From positions 59,551,977 through 59,615,976 of the forward strand of contig NC_068984.1 in assembly GCF_001194135.2 (NCBI RefSeq): DNA of 64,000 bases. Direction: 5' to 3'. A program made the translations under genes and the position numbers. The notes under the pieces are model-generated. The model made no database searches, was not told where the DNA came from, and saw only the letters and a program-made list of their open reading frames with translations. The DNA comes from Octopus bimaculoides. Lineage: Eukaryota. This document shows, piece by piece, positions 27,901 to 40,600 of this stretch. How positions within the stretch are numbered: the stretch's first letter is position 1; every line of letters starts with the position of its first letter.

Positions 27901-30900
27901 TTGTTTTGACACCTCTAGCATCGATCCCTCATGAGTGGGACATTTAACAACTGCTTCAGGAGCATCCGGCGGTGCAGATGTCTCTCATCAGGTGATAAAT
28001 AGATAAACTCGTTAAAATAACAGTTCCACAATGTAACTTCTCATTTTTTAGAAAGAAAAACAGCCAGAAGGAGGAAATATCTTCATTTATATAGATCAAA
28101 AATAAAATCACAAATGGGTTAAAAAAAAAAGAGAAATGAACATGCAATACAGCGAGAAAAGTATTAAAAATAACCATTAACAAATATGGATGTATAAACG
28201 CCCTCAGGCAAGTTGCTTGGCGTAAGTACACTTGCTCTTACAAGCATTCGTGAAAATGTGAGCATACGAACACATGAGGTTTGGTGCACTTATGATCACA
28301 AAGCAAGTTAATTATCTACTTGGTGTTTGTAAGAATGGGGAGGTTAAAAGTAAACTTAAGTCATCCATATCTTAAATTAAATTATGCTAACATTTACTCA
28401 AAATTCATTCTCACTGCATTGTGCGAAAGTACATTTATATGCATGTAGGCATCCTGTTAGTCCACAGAATAGACAGGGATTCCTTGGAGCAGAGATGGCA
28501 TCTCCTGGAAATTATATTGTATGGTTTCATGTGCCTTACTATAGACCAAGTTATGCTGTACTTCATTTTATCCTCCTTCAGTTGCCATACAAAGTCAGCC
28601 AACGATGTTGAACGTCTCTTATTGATTGTCTTAAAGCTGGTGACATGGTTACAATAACGATTTTGAAATGAATCAGCTGTCTCTCCAATGGAAACATATG
28701 GCCCTCTCCTTGTGTGCATGGTACATTTATATACAAGATTTATACACATAGAGATTCAGCAAAGGACATTTTGATTTATCTCTGCATGAGCATTTATCAT
28801 ATTTATTTGTATATAAGGCTAACTGAAAATTGGGTTGAACCAGAGGACATCCTGATTCCTATACCTGTTGTTAGGCTTATTTGATCTAGTACAGGATTGG
28901 AACAAGCATTTGGATTATGTCGTGTGTATCTATGGGTTTTTGTTGGTAGTTCATTGACATGACCAATTCTTCCTGGCCTATATTCTCCGAGTTCTCAAAC
29001 TGTGACATTGTGTTGGTAACAATTGGAGGAATTACCAGTGTTGTGTATGCCTGCTTCTTGTATATATTGAATTTTTTTTATGGTACCCAGCCCTAGCTAG
29101 AGCAGTATTATAATAAGTTGCATGTGATTCAAAAAATTTATTACAAGCAGATAATCTAGAAATTCTTGTCGAAAATGTCTAAAGAAATTTTTCCTATGCC
29201 TTTCTAACTGTACTTTGTTACTTCTGTCCAGAAAAAATAAGGCATCATCCCTATATAGACCACCCCCCGTTACTTCTGTAAAGGAAGATGGAATTAATTA
29301 AAGGATATATATTCCAACTAAGTCAATGACCTGAGCAGAATCGTACAAGCCCATTGCTATATCAAATGCGTTCTCCCTATCTACTCTACTCCACAATCTA
29401 CCATCATAATCTACTAGAGTGGCTCGTGCAGCAAGTATAATATCCATTTTGTGTTGGGACAAATCAGAATTTTTCATGCTATAAATCAGGGCTTGATTAG
29501 GAACTATCAGGTTAATAGTTGCGTAATAGCTCTCTATATCTAGTTGCAAGAATTTACTATTCTTACTAATTTCTAGAAGCTTAAACCATCCAACCACCTC
29601 TTGGGTATCGGACCAGAGGGCTAATCTAATTTTAGACTTAAGATCGGGTATTACCCTATCAATGATTTTTTTAATAACAATGCCTATATTGGATTTAGGA
29701 CAAATCAATCTGAGGAGTCGATAAGAAACTTGAGTTTATGGTCTTTAAGCATAATCCAGGGTTTTCAAGGGACATAGGGCTCGGTTCTATCATCTATAGC
29801 TAAATCTCTAACAATTCATAGCCCTGACATAAATTTGACATGGGCAATTCTTTCTTGTCTTGGGATTCACGAAAAATTGCACAGATGTGTAAAATGATCC
29901 GGTGGTGATGCTGAGCTTTGTAATTTTTTCGTATACTATTGTGTTTATGAATGAGAAAGGAAGGTGTGATGTCATACTTGGTAGTGGGATGATGAAAATT
30001 GTATACTGAAAAAAATAAATCAAACAGCGTTTCAACTCTGTGAATATATGTGTGTGTATGTAAATGAAGGTGGTGTGTGAAGGTGTTTGTGTGTGTGTGT
30101 GTGTGCGTGCGCAATGGAAGTGGGATGGTTCATCTTTGTTTGCCTAGTATTTCGGTTTATTTTTTGATTTGGTTGCATCTTGAGTCTTTTTTTTCTTTTT
30201 ATTGGTCAGTTATTTTTAGCGTTTTGACAGAAAAAGTCATTCTAAAATTGTTTTTTAATGTAAGCGTGCCCAAACAAGTCGAATGCGTACACAGAGCAGG
30301 TTTTACAGCCACATCATCCAAACCGACCGGGTGAAACCAGGCTTAGCTGCTAGTGGACTTATATAGCTCAATATCAACAATGTAAATGTTACTTGCTTTG
30401 TCTGCTGGTACAAGTATCCCCAGAGCTTTCTTGAAGTCGACAAGTAATTTTCTGATTTTATGCTGATGTATATTACACCTTCTAGGGTACTTCCTGAACT
30501 TCACATTCTTAACCATACTATATAATTCTTCTTCAAATCTGGTTAGGTGTTGGTCAGTCAGTGGGTTCCTTCTAGATTTGAATACTTTTCTTAGTAGGTC
30601 GCCATGTTCATGTTTGTTTTTCATTTGCCATATATATATGTGTGTGTATGTCTTTGTGTCTGTTTGTCAACATGGCTTGACAACTGATGTTGGTGTGTTT
30701 ATATCCCCATAACTCAGCAGTTTGGCAAAAGAGACTGGTAGAATAAGTAATATTCTTACAAAGTATGTCATGGGGTCAATTTCTTTGACTAAAACTGCCT
30801 TTAAGGCGGTGCTCCAGCATGGTCACAGTCAAATGACTGAAACAACTAAAAGAATATATATATAGTTAGTGTGGAGGCGCAATGGCCCAGTGGTTAGGGC

Positions 30901-33900
30901 AGTGGACTCGCGGTCATAGGATCGCGGTTTCGATTCCCAGACCGAGCGTTGTGAGTGTTTATTGAGCGAAAACACCTAAAGCTCCACGAGGCTCCGGCAG
31001 GGGATGGTGACGAACCCTGCTGTACTCTTCCACCACAACTTTCTCTCACTCTTACTTCCTGTTTCTGTTGTGCCTGTAATTCAAAGGGTCAGCCTTGTCA
31101 CACTGAATATCCCCGAGAACTATGTTAAGGGTACACGTGTCTGTGGAGTGCTCGGCCACTTGCACGTTAATTTCACGAGAAGGCTGTTCTGTTGATCGGA
31201 TCAACTGGAACCCTCGACGTCGTAAGCGATGGAGTGCCAACAATAGTCAGAGTATATTGAATACAGTCTGCTTAGGGAGGGTGCAATGAAAGTTTTTCCT
31301 GTTGGGAAAACAATTTAACCTTTTGGCATTTAAACCATCCATATCTAGTCCAAATATTCTACCTTGTTTTATGTTCAAACTGGCCAGATCTTGCCTCTCG
31401 CACATACCCGACAATGTCATTTTAAAAATACATGATCACATCATCAAAATTTCAAAGCTATGAGACAATACATGATCAATTCACAACAATGTGAATAAAT
31501 AAACATTACATTTGAGTAATCAATGCTAAAGGTTTACATGGGCTTGGAGATGGCTGAAGGTGTAAATCATTGTTCTGTTCGTTTTGCCTTAGTTTTACTA
31601 TTTATATATCACACTGAGTTATAACCAAATTTTTTGTAATGATTTTTTTTTCCAATGTTCAAATATTATTGATTGTTTTCTTTTACGTTGTGAGTTACTT
31701 GGTGGTCCCACTAGTGCTAGCGCCCTACAAAAAAGAGTACTTTGTACACTCTGTAAAGTGATTGGCATTAGGAAGGGCATCCAGCCATAGAAGCCATGCT
31801 AAAGTAGACACTGGAGATTAACACAACCCTTAGGCTGGTCAGATCTTGTCGACCCATCTAACTTATACCAACATTGAACATAGATGTTAAATGATGATGA
31901 TGAAAAGGAGGAGGATTGACACACAAGGATACACTCATTAACCATTCCATTCAATCCCAACATAATTAATACTTAATTTATTAATTCCTGCCTTACTTTT
32001 TCAAGTGTCTGCAGTTAACTTTGGAAGGTCCTCCATTTTATGTTGTATGTCTCTGCCAATAATATCAATACTATGTAGTGGTGTTCATCCTTTAATAGGG
32101 TGTGGAACTCTCTAAAATATAACACCTGATGTGGCCAGGTGTTCAGCATGGTAACAGTGGCCAGCAAAGTCCTTACCCTGCAATGTAATTGAGACCAGGA
32201 TCACCTGACTGGCCTCCATGCCGGTAGCACTTAAAAAGCACTATCTAAACATGATCGATGCCAGGCCCGCTTGACTAGCTCCTGTGCCAGTGGCATGTAA
32301 AAAGTACCCACTACACTCTTAGAGTGATTGGCATTAGGAAGGGCTGTAGAAACATTGCCAGATCAGACTGGAGACTGGTGTGGCTGCTGGCTCTCCAGAC
32401 TTCAGTCAAACCATCCAACCCATGCCAGCATGGAAAACGGACGTTAAACGATGATGATGATATTTAATATATTCTTTGATGTTTTTTTAACCCTTTTGTA
32501 ATTATATTCCTCAAGAAATATCCTACCTATTTGTTTCAGTTTGAAGATAACAATCTAGGGATTTAATTAAATAACTTTTATATTGTTAAACTGATACTTG
32601 AGAAATAACTTAACAAAAGGTTCTTCGATAAGATTATGATGAAAGATTTTAAATTTTTAAATTAGATATCTATATATATAAAAATGAGAATGTCTGTCTG
32701 TCTGTCTGTCTGTCTGTCTGCCTGTCTGTCTGTGTGTGTGAATCCCTAAAACTCGAGAACTACGCAACCAATTTCATTCAAATTTTACACATGCCTTACT
32801 TAGGGTTCCAGTTGTGTTTTAGTCAAAAGAAATTATTAACTTCTTGCAGAGTTCGAGCACACGGCAACATAATATCTCCTCCACTATTTAAGTATTACGT
32901 GTCAAAAGTGAAACAAAAACACTCATGTCAAATACTTTCACTTTAAAAATGAAACTATTCCACTAACTGAAACAATCACATTTCGATACTGTAGTGACAG
33001 ATACTTTCANNNNNNNNNNNNNNNNNNNNNNNNNNNNNNNNNNNNNNNNNNNNNNNNNNNNNNNNNNNNNNNNNNNNNNNNNNNNNNNNNNNNNNNNNNN
33101 NNNNNNNNNNNNNNNNNNNNNNNNNNNNNNNNNNNNNNNNNNNNNNNNNNNNNNNNNNNNNNNNNNNNNNNNNNNNNNNNNNNNNNNNNNNNNNNNNNNN
33201 NNNNNNNNNNNNNNNNNNNNNNNNNNNNNNNNNNNNNNNNNNNNNNNNNNNNNNNNNNNNNNNNNNNNNNNNNNNNNNNNNNNNNNNNNNNNNNNNNNNN
33301 NNNNNNNNNNNNNNNNNNNNNNNNNNNNNNNNNNNNNNNNNNNNNNNNNNNNNNNNNNNNNNNNNNNNNNNNNNNNNNNNNNNNNNNNNNNNNNNNNNNN
33401 NNNNNNNNNNNNNNNNNNNNNNNNNNNNNNNNNNNNNNNNNNNNNNNNNNNNNNNNNNNNNNNNNNNNNNNNNNNNNNNNNNNNNNNNNNNNNNNNNNNN
33501 NNNNNNNNNNNNNNNNNNNNNNNNNNNNNNNNNNNNNNNNNNNNNNNNNNNNNNNNNNNNNNNNNNNNNNNNNNNNNNNNNNNNNNNNNNNNNNNNNNNN
33601 NNNNNNNNNNNNNNNNNNNNNNNNNNNNNNNNNNNNNNNNNNNNNNNNNNNNNNNNNNNNNNNNNNNNNNNNNNNNNNNNNNNNNNNNNNNNNNNNNNNN
33701 NNNNNNNNNAAATATCAGGGTCAAACACTGTCTGTAGCTGGTCTTCTCTTGGAAGAGCCCTGCTTCTCACATGGACAACTGTATGTTGGCTGCTCAAGAG
33801 TGAGCAGCAACAAAAAAACCTATTTGTATATGCTCCACAAGGGAAAACAAGGAACATAGTTTACAATGAGGTGTTATAATCACAACAGCAAGAAAGTATG

Positions 33901-34606
33901 TACATGATCACCTTCTTTTACGAAACTTCATTGACTTTCATATATTTATATTGATATACATATATATACGTGTGTTTGGGTGCGTGTGTGTATATACATC
34001 TCTATATATAAAGATGATGCGTAGTCTAGACGGCGTTTTTAGATTTCATTATTCTCTTTAACCCGGGCAACGCCGGGTATTTCTGCTAGTGAATACATAA
34101 AAATTATGTTCTGTATCCTGAAATCAGGGCAGTTTCAGGTGGGTTTGTATTAAAAGTTAATTAATAACTTTCAAATAATCCAACAACTGAAGAGACGTTT
34201 TAGATTAGTTGGTTGGTGATTCACTTACCTGAACAGTTAGTACTTGAGTAATATTGTGCTGCAATATCAATGAAGAAAATAATTTCAGGAATATCTCTGA
34301 TATTCATTATCGGAATTTGAAAAAAAAAATGTCTTTTATATTTCTAGGTTCAACAAATCTGGATGAACTTATGTCTAACCTAATAAGTGCTTTTGAACTT
34401 TTCCAAGACCAACAAAGGAAAGATATGGTGGAAGAGGTATAGTGTTTTATTCAATCATTTCTTTATGCAATCACTTCTGTGTGGTTATAGTAAGTTTGCT
34501 TCATAACTTCATGATTTGGGTTCAATTCCACCACATGGTATCTTGGGCAAATAACTTCTACTATAGCCTGGGCTATACAGATTGTAGAAAACCTGTCATG
34601 TGTATG

Positions 34607-34697
<91 letters not shown>

Positions 34698-37600
34698 TTG
34701 TGTATGTATTGTGTGTGTGTCTGTGACTAATCACACTCTGTACTTTTCCCCAAAATGTCATTGAGCTACAGCCAGTGATATTTGTTGGCGCTTCCCAGCT
34801 AACAAATTCCTATGGCTATCTGGTTTTGAAATGAGTACAATAAAAACTCCCTTACTGGAAAATGCATTCATCCAACCCATGCTAATGTGAGGGCTTCATT
34901 AAACAGGTGTTGAATAATTTGTAGGGCTGATTTTGGCTGCATATTAAATCTGTGTTCATTTAGTGTTTTTGATTGTACCATTTATTTACACAAAAATATA
35001 TTGTGGTTTTTGCTGAGAGTAAACCCTATGCCAGAAACGTCTCGATAAGCATTTATTACTAGAGATATGAGAGCATGTTGTGTAGGAATAATACACAATT
35101 GTGTGTATGTGTGTGTGCTTACATACATGCTTGCTTGTTCTATTTTGGGCAACTGTCTAACCAAGCTATTCCATCTGAGTTTAATACCTTTGAATTTAGA
35201 ACTCAGTATGTTGTCAAGTATGAAGATCCCTTTGTTTGGTATGGAAGTTCTTTGTTGACTCATAACATGTTTCAGAAATAACTTTACTGCAAACATTTCA
35301 ATGAGTGTGATCATTGGGACTATTTGCTCACTGACCAAGTAGCTGAGTATTCCTCATACACTTGTAAGCTTAACATGATCTTCAGTCAGATTTAGCATGT
35401 TGACTTGAGCTTCTGGTAGAAGAGACTTGCTTGAGGCTACTTAGTTTGCAACATTTGCTAGTTGTGTGCCATTACAAATTGAAATACCAAATATTTTTAA
35501 TCAGATGAAGAATTGGTGTTGATTTTTGAATGAAAGAATTTTTTGCTATAAACAACCTTAAAAACTTTATTAAATTTGATTGTAATTTTTTTTCCACAGG
35601 ATAAGAGAGAAATCCGAGAATCAATTAAACAACAACAAGATGAGGCTTATGCTGCATCTCTTGTTGCTGACAGACTGAAGGTTTGTAACAGAGTTGGTTG
35701 TTTTTAATTTAATTTCTTTTTAGGATGGTGATTGGGAGTAGTATTAGAACACTGAGGAAACAACCTTGTGATACTTGCTCAGGTTCTTTACATTCTGAAT
35801 TCAAATCCTTTTGGGGTCAACAAAATGAAGTGCTATCCAAGTACTGGGGTTCATGATATTGACTAGCCCCTTCCCCTAAATTTTAAGCCTTATGTCTGTG
35901 CTAGAAACTTTTTTCATTCTCCACTGTCCCTGGTTTATGTGAGTTGGTCAAAGGAGTGGCAATTCTCATGGTCTTAGTAGTTGATTTTTAAACCAATGTT
36001 TGCAGAGTGCTAAGGTCCTAAAGGAGAAGAACTGGGAAGTATTTGGCATAGTATTTGGGAAATGTGTTGAGTATTAACCATGTCTCGATTACACAGACTG
36101 AAGAATTCTGTTTACTTTTCATTCCACGACATCAGGAGGAACTTCGACAGAGAGACATGGAAATTGAACGAGTGGCCCAAGAGAAAAAGGATGCTGAAGA
36201 AAAAGAGCGGGTAGAAAATGAAAAATCCAAAGCAGTAAGCAAAGAAATGAATTTTTAATTGTATTCTTTTTTTTTCTTTACAGTCATTGTTCCCTTGTTT
36301 TATATATCTATGTGTTATATCACACGTTCGGATGGCATGCCTTCGCCAATAATGTACCTCTACTCAACTACCAAACTCTCACTTCCGACAACTCGGCTCA
36401 ACGTCTAGTCTACTGACACCTCCAGCTCGCTCTACGCGACGCTTCTACGACTAGCTATCACGTCCACTATTTATACGTATTGGACTAGCCTACTTATTGT
36501 CTGGGGGCGTCCACACAGCACCTCCCCCTTTTGAAAGTTTTTTTTTTTTTTTCCTTTTTCTAAACCCGAATTTATCAATTTTATTTCCTTGGTGAGAAAC
36601 TAACATATCTTTTTCTCATAGCGTTAATTTCCATCATTTCTGTAGGTTTTCTCTTCCTGTTCAACCTATGTGTCGGTTCTGCTTCTGCTTGTGGTTCTGG
36701 GACCTCGAACAAATCATACCATATATCCATTGGTTCCTCTCACCTCTCTTGATTTTTGGTATATCTTTTTTTAAATTGGTTTATATGCCTTTTGTGTTCA
36801 TATTTTGGTCCTATTACCATGTACATCACGTTACCCAGACGTCCAGTTATACTTCCTTATTCCCAGCTCTGTTTTCCGTTTCTATATATTTTAAAATACA
36901 CTTCATCACCTGTGTTAAAAAATTTCGTTCTTCTTCCCGAATTTTCTATTTTCTGTTTCCTACTCGGCAACAATTTATCAAAAATAGAATGAATTTTTCT
37001 GGAAAAAATCTGCAGGTGACCTACCCAACTCTGCATTTGGATTCTGTGTTATTCTATACACCTGCAAAAACTTTGTCATCTTTGTATCTTCAAGGGTTTC
37101 CCATCTAGTCTTTCTTAAAGCCTTCTTGAATGTGTCGATGAATCTTTCAGCTAACCCATTTGACCTTGGATGGTATGGCAGATTTAACACATGCTTCATT
37201 TGAACCGACTTACAGAATCTTTCAAACTCCTTTGCCGTGAATTGTGTACCATTATCTGACACGATTGTATCTGGCAGTCTATAACGAGTGAATAATTCTT
37301 CCAAGAAGTCAGTCGTCACACTTGTGGTTGGCCTTGAACATTTACACACTTCAGGCCATTTGGAATAGCTATCCACTACTATGATATAATGAGAGCCATT
37401 TATTGGTCCTGCAAAATCCACATGCAGTCTAGACCATGCTGAATCTGTTTTTGGCGACAGTTGAATCTGCACTGGGGGTGCCTTTCCTGCCATAGTGCAT
37501 CCCCTACACTGTTTTACCAGTCTCTCAATTTGCTTGTCCATATTTGGCCAATAAATGTAACTCCTCATGAGGCTCTTCATCCGGAAAATCCCCGGATGTC

Positions 37601-40600
37601 CTACATGAAAGTCTTTTAATACTCTGTTTTGCAGTGCTTCAGGTATTGCCACTCTTTGTGCATATAATAATAACTCATTACATTCTGAATAGTGCTTTGA
37701 GCCTGTGTCCCACTCATTTATATTTTTCGTGTTACTCAACATTTTTAAAATCTTGTTTATGAACCTATCTTTTCTTGATTCCAATTTAATTTGTTCCAGC
37801 GTTACCAGCAAATCATGTACTACATTGTACAAAATGTTCTTCAGTTCCATTTCTAGTTTTAACGATGCAATCACCGTGTCTTCAAAAGGTTCCTCATATT
37901 TTGGAATTAGCCTAGACAACCCATCTGTGTGTCCCATTTTCATTGATGGCAAAAACTCCATCTGGAAATCATAGTTCAACAGGGTAGTCCCCCAGCGCTG
38001 TAAGCGGTTTGCTGAGTGCGTGGGGATACCCTTTTTCGAACCGCAAATAGACAGTAACGGTTGGTGATCTGTTTGCAGTGTAAACTTCCTCCCATGTAAG
38101 AATTTATGGAATTTTTTTACTACAAAGATTGATAACGCCTCTTTTTCAATCTGGCTTTAGTTTTTTTTCCCCTGGTAATAGAACTCTCGATGCATGTGCA
38201 ATAGCTTTGATTTTCATCATCATCATCATCATTGTTTAACGTCCGCTTTCCATGCTAGCATGGGTTGGACGATTTGACTGAGGACTGGTGGACCAGGTGG
38301 CTACACCAGACTCCAATCTGATTTGGCAGAGTTTCTACAACTGGATGCCCTTCCTAAGGCCAACCACTCCGAGAGTGAAGTGGGTGCTTTTACCATCATT
38401 AAATTTATGCAATATCACAACTCCTATTCCATATTCACTGGCATCCGATGCCACAATTATTTTCAGGTTTGGGTCAAAATGGATTAATGATAACTCTGAT
38501 GTTAACTGCTTTTTTAATTCCTCGAATGCTTTCTGACATTTGTTTGTCCAATCCCATTTCAAGTCCTTCTTTAGCAACTTGTTCAACGGAGCTCTTAGCT
38601 CATACATTTTAAGTATGTACAGCTGGTAATAATTTACCAGACCTAAAAATGCTTGTAGTGTTGTTTTGTTAGTGGGAGCAGGCATTTTTTTTATCACGTC
38701 AATCCTAGAAGGGTCCGGTTTTCATCGCTCACCTGTCCTAAGTACTTTATTTTTGTCAAGAAAAATTCACATTTGTCCTCAATTACTTTAAACCCATAAT
38801 CACTTATTTGTTTGAAAACCTCTTCTATATGTTCAATATGTTTGTCCCTTGATTCACTTTTGATCAGTATGTCATCCAAGTATATCGTTAAATTGTATAA
38901 GAGTACATAGCCAATGGTATATTGGCTAGTAATAAAGTTTTGTACTTTATTTTCAATGAAAACATTTGAATGAAATATAGAAAAAGAATAAAATCTTATA
39001 CCGATTACATCTGTATTTTAATTAATTCAAATTAATGTACCTCATCTTGAAAAATGTAAAATTGTTGATGGTTGACATCTGAGATAATTTTAGTAACAAA
39101 TCAAACAGGTAAGATGTATTAAGAATATGAATTTTAGTGTTTGTTCATAATGTTATTGTTTTTACATCTGTTAATTAAATTTACCTGCCCATAAAAGTCA
39201 AATTTAATCTGAGAGATCAGTTAAAATTATGTAACTATAAACCACTGGCATATAAGCACCTATTTACAAAATTTCAAATCTGTATGTAGAAAATTAACAA
39301 AGTTACAAGTAAATATTGTGGACACCCCACTTCAACCTGAATAAATCAAAATTAATGTGAACAGATAAGCATTACATTTGGCAAATTAATCTGAACACTA
39401 AAGGGTCAAAGGATCAGCATCCTGAGGTTGTCCTTCAGTCTCCCTATTTCATGTGTTCCTTCTACTTTGAGAGATCAGCACTTTATAGAACTGTTGGCAT
39501 CCATCCGTGAGAAATATTACCTTGTTTGAAAATAAGTGTTCTTTGGAGTATTAGGCCATAGAAAATCTGCCTCAGTGAATTGTGTCTGTTCTATGGTTTT
39601 AAAAGTGGACTCTCTCTCTCTTCATTTTCGATGCATGAGGATCCTACTGCTCGCTCAAATTCTTAGCACTTCTGGCTACAGTGAGACCTCATACCAGCTT
39701 CTTTAAATCTGCAAACAAAGCCAAACTCATCACAAATTGCATGCTCAGAATTGCTGGAGTATGGAATAAACTACTTGCATCAGTTGTTAACTGTTGAAAC
39801 ACTACATCCTTCAAAACGTCCATGCTTTCTGAAATTTGCTGACAGTTCACCAGATGTGTCTCCACCTCCCACTTTTTATTTATTTATTTTTTTTGTTTAT
39901 TTCACTGTTCACTTCCTGTGCATATTCTATGCAATGTTCATGCAGTTTTGCTTTCTTTCTCTGATGAGTTGTAGTGCACCTGAGCATTGTATACAATAAG
40001 TTCATCATCATTTAACATCCATTGTCCATGTAACAACCTGTCAAAATCATGTTTATATCGCCTGTAACAACTTGTCCAAATCATGCCAGCAAGGATAATG
40101 AATATAAAATGATGAACATTTGCTATTTTGGCATAAGTTGGACAAGTTTACTGAAGAGCAGCCTTTCATGTGAAAACGAAATTTCTCAGATATGTTCTGT
40201 GGGTTTCTTACTGGGCTTTCATTTGTGTTTGGTAGGATTGCCTGGTTATATTTGAGGCCACTTTTACTGCATATATCACAAGGACATTTTGTTTAGGTTT
40301 TTAACAAAGATTATAAAAACCATGCCAAAACTGACCTTGCCTGTGCTGGTGCCACGTAAAAAGTACTCAACCCACTCTACAGAGTGGTTGGTGTTAGGAA
40401 GGGCATCCAGTTGTAAAAAAACCATGCCAAAATAGACACAGAAGTATGGTGCAGGCTTCTATCTGGCTGGCTTCTCTCAAACCATCCAACCCGTACCGGC
40501 ATGGAAGGAGGACATTAAACGATGATGATGATGAATGTAGAAAAGACAAAGACACATGAAGATGAGTGGCTTAGTAGATAGGGTGTCGAGCTCATGATCA

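Larger units (their letters stand above)
36311..38887 (-). mobile_element. Ty3/Gypsy LTR retrotransposon remnant (RT C-half, RNase H, integrase, 3' LTR), antisense in FAF1 intron 14
   Basis: YLDDILI...KCEFFLTKIKYLG; LQAFLGLVNYY; VASDASEYGIG; TDHQPL; HVGHPG...WPNM...CRGC; DFAGP; SDNGTQF; PYHPRSNGLAERF; RT-RH-IN order. Confidence 0.95.

Noticed and set aside
30872-30945. tRNA-like sequences (also the heads at 20809-21191, 54596-54976 and 57887)
   Set aside because: No complete cloverleaf, and each runs into a repeated body; they are SINE heads, not tRNA genes.
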